From a virus: DNA of 64,000 nt. A program made the position numbers and the translations under genes. How positions within the stretch are numbered: the stretch's first letter is position 1; each line of letters begins with the position of its first letter. Positions 1 through 8,715 of this stretch are shown here, piece by piece. The DNA lies in the IMG/VR virus record IMGVR_UViG_3300046028_006182, positions 12,142 to 76,141 of that record, one strand, 5' to 3'. A model generated the notes under the pieces. It did no database searches, was not told the DNA's origin, and saw only the letters and a program-made list of their open reading frames with translations.

Positions 1-22
1 ATCCCCATCAAAAAATAACGAC

Positions 23-454
23 ATGCCGAATACAACCGGAACCAAGACAGTGACCCTTTTCCACAAGGGCCCTCTCCACCAGCCAATTCACCATGAGTTC
101 CAAGTAACAACTGGTGTTAGCGTAAAAGCTGGCCAACCCCTTAAGCTAACCACCGCGGGTACTGTAACACCCCTGGGCGCTAGTGATGGTAACCACTTAC
201 TGATTGGCTATGCTACCAGTGATGCAGCCGCTAGTGAGTATGTAACCGTTGTTACTCGCTTCCGCTTAATCCTCAATGCTGAGATTAATGCCGACTCTAC
301 TGATGCCGGCCCATCCTCATATAAGGGTTTAAGCGTAACCCAAGTTGACCCTACTTTTATGAAGTACGGCAATGAGGCTACTGCTGCTAACGTAAATGCC
401 TGGATATTAGCCCCTGGCGATGAGTTTGATGAAACCTTAGTTGGAGTATTGTAA
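23..454 (+). CDS. Capsid decoration/cement protein
   Basis: 143 aa beta-rich ORF directly upstream of the major capsid gene; VKAGQPLKL...LIGYA pattern. Confidence 0.6.
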   Translation: MPNTTGTKTVTLFHKGPLHQPIHHEFQVTTGVSVKAGQPLKLTTAGTVTPLGASDGNHLLIGYATSDAAASEYVTVVTRFRLILNAEINADSTDAGPSSYKGLSVTQVDPTFMKYGNEATAANVNAWILAPGDEFDETLVGVL

Positions 455-518
455 TATACTTCACCAGGGGTTAAGTTATTGTATATTTAAACCTAAATCC
501 AGAGTAAACTTCTATACC

Positions 519-1616
519 ATGCAAAGACAACAAAATAAAGAATTGCTCGGCTCTATCCGAGAAATGAAAAACGGCTTAGCAAAGCTAAGGGGGGATAAAA
601 ATAACCCCAAGGATATTTCAATGAGCGAATATATCCAAACCCGCTTTTCGATGACCCAAGAGGTATTCTATCATGAAATCGGCATCAACCCATCAGTTGA
701 TACCATTAGCCTCCTAGAGAATACTGGCGGCTTTGAGGAATACCGCTTCCTTATACCAGAGGTACTACGTGATGCAGTAAGCCTTGGCTTACGTAAATCC
801 CCTATCTACCCAAAGGTAATAGCATCGGAGCAAACCATCCCTCAACATGAGATTACACTACCCCATATCAACATGAGCGATGCCGCTCCATATAGTGTTG
901 GTGAGGGTGAGACTATCCCATTGGGCTCTGTATCTTTCGGCCAAAAGACCTTGAAGATTGGGAAGATTGGACGAGGCCTTACTATGACCTATGAGGTTAA
1001 GCAGTTTGTTGCCCTAAACATCTTGGCTATCTTCTTGCAAGACTTCGGAGTAAAACTCGGCCATGCGATTGATACTTTGATGATTGACGTTTTAATTAAC
1101 GGCGAGCAAGCAAACGGTAGTGAGTCAGCCCCAGTAGTGGGAGTTGCTGCTGCAAATACTCTAACCTACAAAGACCTTTTGAAAGTATGGATCCGCATGG
1201 GCCGCTTAGGGAAAAGGCCTTCAACTATCATAGCAGGGGAAGATGCTGCTATTGAGACTTGGGATTTGGACGAGTTTAAACTTCGTAAATCCGGTAACAC
1301 TGATGCTACATTGCGCATGGAGCAGCCAGTACCAAATAACATCAACTACTTCATCCATGGGGCAGTGCCTGATGACCAGAGCATCATCATTGACCCATCG
1401 GGAACTGTGATAAAGTACAATGCACAGCCTCTGCTTATTGAGATGGACAAAAAGATCTCCAACCAAACTCATGAGGCTTACGCTTCGTTAACAACAGGGT
1501 TCGGCATTGTATACCGCGACTCTCGGGTTATCGTTGATAGCTCATTGGCCTTCTCATCTAACGGCTTCCCGACCTACATGGACGTAGATGCTCTGGAGGT
1601 TGTAAACATCCTGTAA
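519..1616 (+). CDS. Major capsid protein (HK97 fold)
   Basis: FLIPEV, VGEGETIP and KIGRGLTMTYE motifs; followed by a terminator; start moved to ATG 519 after an A/C-rich leader. Confidence 0.85.
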   Translation: MQRQQNKELLGSIREMKNGLAKLRGDKNNPKDISMSEYIQTRFSMTQEVFYHEIGINPSVDTISLLENTGGFEEYRFLIPEVLRDAVSLGLRKSPIYPKVIASEQTIPQHEITLPHINMSDAAPYSVGEGETIPLGSVSFGQKTLKIGKIGRGLTMTYEVKQFVALNILAIFLQDFGVKLGHAIDTLMIDVLINGEQANGSESAPVVGVAAANTLTYKDLLKVWIRMGRLGKRPSTIIAGEDAAIETWDLDEFKLRKSGNTDATLRMEQPVPNNINYFIHGAVPDDQSIIIDPSGTVIKYNAQPLLIEMDKKISNQTHEAYASLTTGFGIVYRDSRVIVDSSLAFSSNGFPTYMDVDALEVVNIL

Positions 1617-1640
1617 TACCTTAGACACTAACGCTGCTTA

Positions 1641-1675
1641 AAGAGCCTCTATTCCCCCTTAGGATAGGGGCTCTT
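1641..1675 (+). terminator. Hairpin after capsid gene
   Basis: AAGAGCCTCTAT...ATAGGGGCTCTT inverted repeat. Confidence 0.7.
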
Positions 1676-1746
1676 CTAGCTTTATAGCACTTAAAGCTGA
1701 TAGTTACACCTTCCTACTTAGTTCATTTACTAGACAATCTACTGCT

Positions 1747-2397
1747 ATGCCCTACTACAAACTGGTTAACCCCGCTAATACATTCTATGACTCTATCTCT
1801 GGTATATACCTCAAGGGCCTTTACCCCGCCTACGTAGCCTCATCTCGGGTTTCAGAAAAAATCCGTATAGCCCTGGAGTCTGGGCTATTAGTAGCTATAC
1901 TGGAGGCAGAGTATAACTCATTAACTGACTCCTTACACGACGCTGTTAACCAGTCTAATGTATCGTTAGGGGTAATGCCCCCAAACCAGTTTTACTCTGC
2001 CGAGTCACAGGTAACAAACTTCCCATCCAATGCCCAGTCAGGCTCTGCTTACTTGGTAAGTGGTACGCCAGACTCTGAGCTAGAGGGCGTGGAGAATTAT
2101 TTGCTACTATACAATAACAGCCGAGCTCAATTCTTACTACCCTCAAGTGGCTCGGCTATCTGGCTAAAGTCTACAGGAGTAATAATGACCTATAATGGGT
2201 CTACTTGGGAAGCAGTTACTGGTACTGAAGCCTCCCCCGATACTATCCTCTCCGGTACTGGCTACAGATACGTATATAAGCCCGGCAACACCACCAAGGA
2301 TGAGGAGGGTAATCTACGCTTCTCTTGGGGAGAGGATGCTGAAGTAGTGGAGAAATACATTACTGGTGCTTGGGTGGCTCTAAATGAGCCTATCTAA
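1747..2397 (+). CDS. Virion accessory protein with DUF2793-like segment
   Basis: GSAYLV...FLLPSSGSAIW...YNGSTW pattern; N-terminus resembles that of 5443-5946. Confidence 0.5.
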   Translation: MPYYKLVNPANTFYDSISGIYLKGLYPAYVASSRVSEKIRIALESGLLVAILEAEYNSLTDSLHDAVNQSNVSLGVMPPNQFYSAESQVTNFPSNAQSGSAYLVSGTPDSELEGVENYLLLYNNSRAQFLLPSSGSAIWLKSTGVIMTYNGSTWEAVTGTEASPDTILSGTGYRYVYKPGNTTKDEEGNLRFSWGEDAEVVEKYITGAWVALNEPI

Positions 2398-2451
2398 TAG
2401 CTAGAAACAATCTATACTCTTTTAAGTTAACAGATAAACAAGTATACAAAA

Positions 2452-3648
2452 ATGAGAAATTCTAAGGTATTCTTAACAATGCTGCTAATAGTAATTACTA
2501 GCATAGAAGCATTTAGCCAAAATGGCATATTTCAAGAGACTACCCAGGTGGGAACCCTTAAAACCTCCTCCAAGGCAGCGGGTACCGATACTACCCTAGT
2601 AGAGGCTTGGAAGAACACAAAGGGGGGCGGAATGGGCTTATCTCTAAAAACTACCGCAGACTCCTGCGTATGGGAACTTAATGGTACTTACAACTCCTTT
2701 AAGAGCTCTAAACCTATGCTATTCCAGGACCACACCTATATCTCTAGTACTGACTTTATATCTACATCATCATTTAACGACACCTCCCAAGCAGAGGTAC
2801 GGATTTCATCAGATTACTTTGGGATGGGCTTTCCAGCAGTCAGCTTTAATACGGGTAATTTAGAGGGTGATACAACTGGGGTAGATGAGGTTATGGGAAT
2901 AACAGTATTTGATGGTAGGGTTAATAGTTCATACCTGGGAATGAATATAGGGTATATAAACAATGTAACTGGGTATATTAACAGGTTTTCCTTTGCTAAT
3001 AATGCCTTTAATTGGGATATGAACCCCAAAGATGGAGTAGATAGTATGAGGATAACGGGAACTAAGCTAGGTATGTTATTTACATCGGACGGCTCAATCA
3101 CAGTACCAACATCTACCGTTGATATAAGAGGAAGTCTAAGGGTTACGGATGGAACGCAGGGCGCAGGTAAGGTATTTACCGATGTTACAGGCAGCGGTAC
3201 TGGCACATGGCAAGACCACACCGCATACGGTGAAATGGGTTTTGGAGATAGCCTTAGAACATTAGCACTTACTCAAAACGTATGGAGTGTAGTAACCAAC
3301 ATCGCTAAAAATTTACTAAGCGAGGGTGCAATTAGCTTGCACAACGTAACCTATCAAGCAGACAGCTTAACAATAGATAGTAGCGGTACTTATCAATTAT
3401 TCGGCAATCTTTCAGTTGCAGGTACAAATCCGTCAATAATGAAATTTGGTATATTTAAAAACGGGGTGTTAATGTGTACTTGTACCCAACTAATGGGGTT
3501 AGAAAATAATGAAGTTATAGGATTATCATATAATGACATAGCACCATTAGTTAGTGGTGATGTGCTTCAATTGGTTTTAATGAATACCGCTAATAATGAC
3601 GATGCGGATTTGATTAGTGGTAAAATAACGATTAGCAAGATAAGATAA
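2452..3648 (+). CDS. Signal-peptide fibre-like protein with C-terminal C1q/BclA-like jelly-roll
   Basis: MRNSKVFLTMLLIVITSIEAFS-Q signal; DGTQGAGKVFT...GTGTWQ fibre motif; LTIDSSGTYQLFGNLS head motif. Confidence 0.5.
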   Translation: MRNSKVFLTMLLIVITSIEAFSQNGIFQETTQVGTLKTSSKAAGTDTTLVEAWKNTKGGGMGLSLKTTADSCVWELNGTYNSFKSSKPMLFQDHTYISSTDFISTSSFNDTSQAEVRISSDYFGMGFPAVSFNTGNLEGDTTGVDEVMGITVFDGRVNSSYLGMNIGYINNVTGYINRFSFANNAFNWDMNPKDGVDSMRITGTKLGMLFTSDGSITVPTSTVDIRGSLRVTDGTQGAGKVFTDVTGSGTGTWQDHTAYGEMGFGDSLRTLALTQNVWSVVTNIAKNLLSEGAISLHNVTYQADSLTIDSSGTYQLFGNLSVAGTNPSIMKFGIFKNGVLMCTCTQLMGLENNEVIGLSYNDIAPLVSGDVLQLVLMNTANNDDADLISGKITISKIR

Positions 3649-3761
3649 TGGGTAGACAGATAACATCACAAAAGGGAACGCAATATACTTTAACAGCTCC
3701 ACGGGGGTTCTAACCAAAAACTCTACATACACCCCCTAATAAAACCTAAAAACCCATTACT

Positions 3762-5045
3762 ATGAAAAGATTACTCTCTTTGATGCTGGCTATATCCCTA
3801 GCGATTACCCTGCAAGCTTTTACTATAACTAACCACAGCAGCCTAACCAGCAGCATGGCAAGTGGGACTCTTATACCTGGTGAGTTTTACCAAATCTCAG
3901 ATAGGAACTCGGTTACATTGCAAGCTATCTCTACTAAGGATGTAAGTAACACTGGCCCGGCCCAGTTCTTTGTAGCGGATTACCAAGGAGTAGGTAACTA
4001 CTACCCCGGCCTAGGAACACAGCTTGGCCAGTGGGAGCCTACTATCAGTGCTAGCTTGGGTAGTATATGTATTTATAATGGGCTACATTGGCGAAATAGC
4101 TCAGGTACATCTAGTAATACTCCACCCCCAAGTGACCCTACTAATTGGTACTCGCTTCCAAAACAAACTAGCAATGGGTATAAGCTAGAGATAAACACTA
4201 TAACTCTTGACTACCCCGGCTTAGATAGCATCCTAGTTAGGCAGGATAACAGGGGTAACTACGTGGAGAAACCCTACTATGAGTACGAATTTATACTTGA
4301 TAACCCCATAGACCAATTCCAGTGGGGTAATGACTCAGTTTATAATAACACAGTAAAGCAAGGAGCTATATACTGTTTGAATAACCAGAGGAATGTATTT
4401 AACAACAAAGCTCTATCGGGGGGTTTAATTAATGCGGAACTTAACCAAGGCTATATCTCTAACAATACAACCTCTGATGAGGGCATCCTTGACTTTTTTA
4501 ATAACACGTACTTTGTGTATGCTAATACCTCTGAGCAGGGTGGTAATATCATTGCTAGAGATAACTCTGGTTTTATTAGTCTTAACGTAGTTAGGAGCTT
4601 TAACTCCGAGATGGAAATCTCGGGAAACTCAGGTAAGATTGACGCTAACCTACTTTTCCAAGGGCACATGGCGGCAGAGAATAACGGAGATACTGCTAGG
4701 ATAGCGGGTATTACCATGTTCCATGGCTCATCCGTGAATATCAACAACAACAAAGGAGTTTGTGGTGCATGGGTACTGACAATTGGTGCGACTGTACTAG
4801 CGGATAACAATGAGGGTACTCTTCGATGGCTAACTCTTAGTAACACCTCTACCCTTGATGTACAGGGTAATAAGGGCACAGTAGAGAGGCTAAAGCTAGA
4901 TGGTTTTGGTACTCTACATATCTACAAAGAAAAGCCATTCACTGCCCACTACCTAGAGGTAGTACTAAAAGATGGCCAAGACTTTACAGTACTGCCAATA
5001 ACTTCCCAGTACTATGAGTTCTACAAACCCTTTAACCTTAAGTAA
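3762..5045 (+). CDS. Signal-peptide beta-helix protein with CBM-like insert
   Basis: Hydrophobic N-terminus ending LQA; Asn-rich ~22 aa repeats; YNGLHW...PPPSDPTNW. Confidence 0.5.
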   Translation: MKRLLSLMLAISLAITLQAFTITNHSSLTSSMASGTLIPGEFYQISDRNSVTLQAISTKDVSNTGPAQFFVADYQGVGNYYPGLGTQLGQWEPTISASLGSICIYNGLHWRNSSGTSSNTPPPSDPTNWYSLPKQTSNGYKLEINTITLDYPGLDSILVRQDNRGNYVEKPYYEYEFILDNPIDQFQWGNDSVYNNTVKQGAIYCLNNQRNVFNNKALSGGLINAELNQGYISNNTTSDEGILDFFNNTYFVYANTSEQGGNIIARDNSGFISLNVVRSFNSEMEISGNSGKIDANLLFQGHMAAENNGDTARIAGITMFHGSSVNINNNKGVCGAWVLTIGATVLADNNEGTLRWLTLSNTSTLDVQGNKGTVERLKLDGFGTLHIYKEKPFTAHYLEVVLKDGQDFTVLPITSQYYEFYKPFNLK

Positions 5046-5076
5046 TTTATTAATAATACTTTAAAACCCCATCACA

Positions 5077-5430
5077 ATGGAAAACACACCCTTGGGTATT
5101 GAAACCCTTAAAAAAGCTCTAGGCTTTATGCTAGGGCTAGGTACTGAGCTGGCCTCTGCTTTAGAGGATGGTAAAGTATCAATGGCAGAAGGCTTAGGCT
5201 TTATCGATAACCTATTTGCAATACCAGGTCTAGTTAAGGACCGTAAGCAGCTAGTAGATGAGCTTAAAAATCTTTCGGATGACGAGAGGCAAGAGCTATT
5301 CACCTATGCTGCCCAAGAGTTTGACCTAGCTAATGACGAAGTTGAGTCAGTAGTTGAACAAGCTCTAGCAACTGCCCAGTCAATCCTGGAGTTAGCTATT
5401 TCTATCAAGGACTTGAAAAACAAGTCGTAA
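5077..5430 (+). CDS. Hypothetical helical protein
   Basis: 117 aa ORF with AAAACCCCATCACAATG leader. Confidence 0.6.
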   Translation: MENTPLGIETLKKALGFMLGLGTELASALEDGKVSMAEGLGFIDNLFAIPGLVKDRKQLVDELKNLSDDERQELFTYAAQEFDLANDEVESVVEQALATAQSILELAISIKDLKNKS

Positions 5431-5442
5431 AACCCAGTACCC

Positions 5443-5946
5443 ATGAAAATTAAACCAACATACCTAGCTTTGGGTGAAAAAGCAACCATTTTTACGGATA
5501 GCAGCATGAAGCTAAAAGTAGTGAAAGGCCAGCCGGGTGTTATCTACGGCAAAGCCTCTAAGAAAGTAGCCAATGCTTTACGAGCAGGCCACTTAGTAGA
5601 GGTGAACGAGGAGGAATACCAAGCCCAAACCGAAGCCATGCAGCTAGCAGTAGCTGAGTCGATAGCCCTAGCCGGTAAGCAAGGCTCTAAACTAAGTAAC
5701 AAGAGCATGGCTACTTTGAGGCAGGCTGAGGAAGAAGCCGAAGACGAAGACGAGGAGGAAGAGGAAGACGACGACGCATCAGGTGCCGGCGATGAGGGTT
5801 ACTCAGAGGCTCAGCTAAATGCCATGACCAAAGATGAGATAGTTAAGCTCTTGGTTGATGAGTATGATGTGGAAAAGGATGATATCAAAGGCCTTAACAA
5901 GAAAGAGCTTGTAGACCGAGTTCTTGAAGAACAAAGCGAGGCATAA
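5443..5946 (+). CDS. Acidic-linker protein with C-terminal Rho-N/HeH-like domain
   Basis: LNAMTKDEIVKL...LNKKELVDRVL after an E/D tract. Confidence 0.55.
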   Translation: MKIKPTYLALGEKATIFTDSSMKLKVVKGQPGVIYGKASKKVANALRAGHLVEVNEEEYQAQTEAMQLAVAESIALAGKQGSKLSNKSMATLRQAEEEAEDEDEEEEEDDDASGAGDEGYSEAQLNAMTKDEIVKLLVDEYDVEKDDIKGLNKKELVDRVLEEQSEA

Positions 5947-5949
5947 GAC

Positions 5950-6717
5950 ATGGCAACTCCTATAGCTAGGTTTAGCTTTAGCAATAACTATCTGGTAGTG
6001 GCATTCAGTGATACCTCACTGAATAGCCCTACCAGTTGGCTATGGGACCTTGGGGACGGTTCAGCTTCAGTTATCACCCAAAATCTATCCCACACCTATA
6101 CTACCCCGGGTATATATCGAGTAGTACTACAGGCTACGAACTCAGACGGTAGCGACTCCTACACATTTGACGTAGTAGTAAGTGATGTTAATATAGTACC
6201 CTTTACAATAGCTCAGCTAGTGGCAATGGGTATACCATCGGGTATAACAATACCCCCGGACTACTTAAAAGCACAAGTAGCTAAATGGCAAACCCTACTA
6301 GGAGCCCCAAATTCAATAAATGTTCCTGCCCCCGATACTTACGATGAGACCAAGTGGCCTGCTCTTGCTAATGTATTAATAGCTAACCTAGTTATCTATG
6401 ACTATATAATTAGCTTGACTAACAACTCAATCATATCAGGAAATACTAGCAGCGGCTCAACGAGCGCTATTTCAGAAGTAAAACAAATTAAGACTGGTCC
6501 AACAGAAGTTGAGTATTTCTCGAGTAACCAGGCCCTATCTGACTTCCTTAAAGCATCTGACTTTTTTACCATGTCTAAGGGTAATATCTGTGGTATAGCA
6601 GATGCGCTAGGGATATACTTGAATATGTGCCCAGCTAGGAAGAACTCTGTACCTTTCATAGTAATTAAAAAGGAAACGGCTATAGCCCAGTGGGTATGGC
6701 CATATAATTGCAGCTAA
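5950..6717 (+). CDS. PKD-domain head-tail adaptor
   Basis: FSDTS..PTSWLWDLGDG...HTYTTPGIYRVVL PKD signature; IKTGPTEVEY adaptor-like motif; position. Confidence 0.7.
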   Translation: MATPIARFSFSNNYLVVAFSDTSLNSPTSWLWDLGDGSASVITQNLSHTYTTPGIYRVVLQATNSDGSDSYTFDVVVSDVNIVPFTIAQLVAMGIPSGITIPPDYLKAQVAKWQTLLGAPNSINVPAPDTYDETKWPALANVLIANLVIYDYIISLTNNSIISGNTSSGSTSAISEVKQIKTGPTEVEYFSSNQALSDFLKASDFFTMSKGNICGIADALGIYLNMCPARKNSVPFIVIKKETAIAQWVWPYNCS

Positions 6718-6718
6718 T

Positions 6719-7180
6719 ATGCAACAAAGCGACTGGACTAGGTATGAGAATGTAGTAAATAACTTTGCTATCTTACACCATAAGCAAGGCATTATCTGGG
6801 ATAGGTATCTCGGAGGAGTTAGTCTATACGGGGAGGAAGATGATGAAGCGTCCGCTAACCGAGAAACGATTACCCTTGAGGGGGGCCTAGTAGATTACAA
6901 TGTATTTAGAACTTGGCCTACATCCGTTCAAAAGGAAACCGGTAGCATAGATAACCAGAGCCAGGTTCTAATTTTGAATAAGGTATGGCTAAGCTCCCAG
7001 GGCTACTTGAATGCTAACTCTAACTTTGACTTTACCCCCGAGAGAGATTACTTCACGGTAGACGGTATAGAGTATACCTGTGAGGGCTTCACTTCCAGCT
7101 CCCAAACAAATACCAAATCCCTATTTATAAACTTGATACTCTCTAGGAAAGAGGTATCTACACCTGGACCAACTCTATAG
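6719..7180 (+). CDS. Putative head-closure protein
   Basis: Size and position; DYFTVDGIEY motif. Confidence 0.5.
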   Translation: MQQSDWTRYENVVNNFAILHHKQGIIWDRYLGGVSLYGEEDDEASANRETITLEGGLVDYNVFRTWPTSVQKETGSIDNQSQVLILNKVWLSSQGYLNANSNFDFTPERDYFTVDGIEYTCEGFTSSSQTNTKSLFINLILSRKEVSTPGPTL

Positions 7181-7182
7181 TA

Positions 7183-7698
7183 ATGAAAAGTAACGTAGTA
7201 CCCTACATAAGGTTCAAATTTTTTGGGGATTGGGTAGGGTATACTAATAAGATAAGAAATCTAAGTCCAGACCTATATGCCTCAATGCTCTATGGCCAGA
7301 GAAAAGCAGCAACTCGGCTAGCAGCAGTAGTAGTAGGGCATCTAAAAAATCAAGACATACCCGGGTGGGAGCCTAAGATGAACCCCTCTGCCTCCGGTGA
7401 TACTAGGACCCTGATTGACACGGGTACCTACCTAAACAACATACGAGCTTGGCGTGATAACTTTAGTTACTACGTAGGAGTTAAGAGGGGGATAAAAAGC
7501 TCATCGGGTGTAGAAGTAGCAAGGTATGCGATGATACACGAAGCAAAGTCTTATACAACTGGCGGCCCATACCGTCCTTTATGGGGCCCCTCTGTTGAGG
7601 AGATGGGTGGAGCAGAGGGTATGAGAGATATAGTTAAAGCCGTTATTATCAAGAAACTAGCTTTAAGAGGTTGGCGAGTTAAAAACTTTAATATATGA
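7183..7698 (+). CDS. Putative neck/tail completion protein
   Basis: LIDTGTYLNNI...YAMIHE...RPLWGP pattern. Confidence 0.6.
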   Translation: MKSNVVPYIRFKFFGDWVGYTNKIRNLSPDLYASMLYGQRKAATRLAAVVVGHLKNQDIPGWEPKMNPSASGDTRTLIDTGTYLNNIRAWRDNFSYYVGVKRGIKSSSGVEVARYAMIHEAKSYTTGGPYRPLWGPSVEEMGGAEGMRDIVKAVIIKKLALRGWRVKNFNI

Positions 7699-8654
7699 GT
7701 TCAGGTGTACCATTAACTAACATACTCCAAAGAATAGAGAGGAGCCTCTACATTGCCATCATTGGCGAGTTAGCAGAGAAAGGCTACTCGATTAACCCGG
7801 GCGAGGAACTCACAGTAACTCCTATATCCGCTACTAGCACCACTTACTTACTACCCGGTGACCTAAGAGAATACTTTAAACAAGGTTATCAGTTTGAGGT
7901 AGTGGCGACAGGGCCAAATCGGGGAGTACAAACTGTAACTATTGACTCTACTCTATCCAGTGGGAATACTGTAGTAACTATTGCCCTAGTACGTAACCCT
8001 ATCCTAACAAATGAGGTAATCTCATATCTAAAGTACCCAAATACACCTTTTGGAAAAACCGAGTACACCAATGACCTTGAGGCTATTAGCACCAATATGA
8101 AATTCTCGGTTGAGGTATTTAATAACTCGGATAGTGATACTAAGGGATTAATGAAAGTACCAAGGGTAGTAATAGTACCAAGGAGAAGGCTGCCAGGAAA
8201 CTTGGGAGCCTTCGGCGTATCTAATCTAACCCCAATATATGGAGCCCCTCCATCACCCTCTGTCCAGCCCCCCATCGTAAATTACCAAAAGTCTACTCCC
8301 CCAGCCAGGACGTTTGACTTAGAGTATGACATAGCTATAATAACTAATAAAAGCTATCAAAACCGTATAATAACTGAAATAATAGGGCTAGCTATACCCG
8401 TATTGGGGTATTTAGATGTGTATGATAGTGCAAGTACCCAAGAGAGGATTTGTATTGAGCAATTCGGTTATATAAATAGTGGCATGAGGGATAAGGGGGT
8501 AGTAGAGGAAGTTATCTCAATAAGGATATTAGACATCTTCCTAGTACCAGAGGCAGTAAGCACAACAATTATAAGCCCTCTACAACAGCTAGCTATAGAC
8601 ATATACTTAGATAACGATATCCCTAACCAGTTTAATCGAGTAATCATCGACTAG
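7695..8654 (+). CDS. Putative tail terminator
   Basis: Immediately upstream of the sheath gene. Confidence 0.4.
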   Translation: MSSGVPLTNILQRIERSLYIAIIGELAEKGYSINPGEELTVTPISATSTTYLLPGDLREYFKQGYQFEVVATGPNRGVQTVTIDSTLSSGNTVVTIALVRNPILTNEVISYLKYPNTPFGKTEYTNDLEAISTNMKFSVEVFNNSDSDTKGLMKVPRVVIVPRRRLPGNLGAFGVSNLTPIYGAPPSPSVQPPIVNYQKSTPPARTFDLEYDIAIITNKSYQNRIITEIIGLAIPVLGYLDVYDSASTQERICIEQFGYINSGMRDKGVVEEVISIRILDIFLVPEAVSTTIISPLQQLAIDIYLDNDIPNQFNRVIID

Positions 8655-8715
8655 CTATATACAATACCACTTAAACATTAATAAAAGAGAATAACCAAGA
8701 CGAAAAGCCTTTAAT

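Noticed and set aside
441-518. N-terminal extension of the capsid ORF
   Set aside because: Overlaps the upstream gene and AT-rich intergenic DNA; ATG 519 has the typical leader
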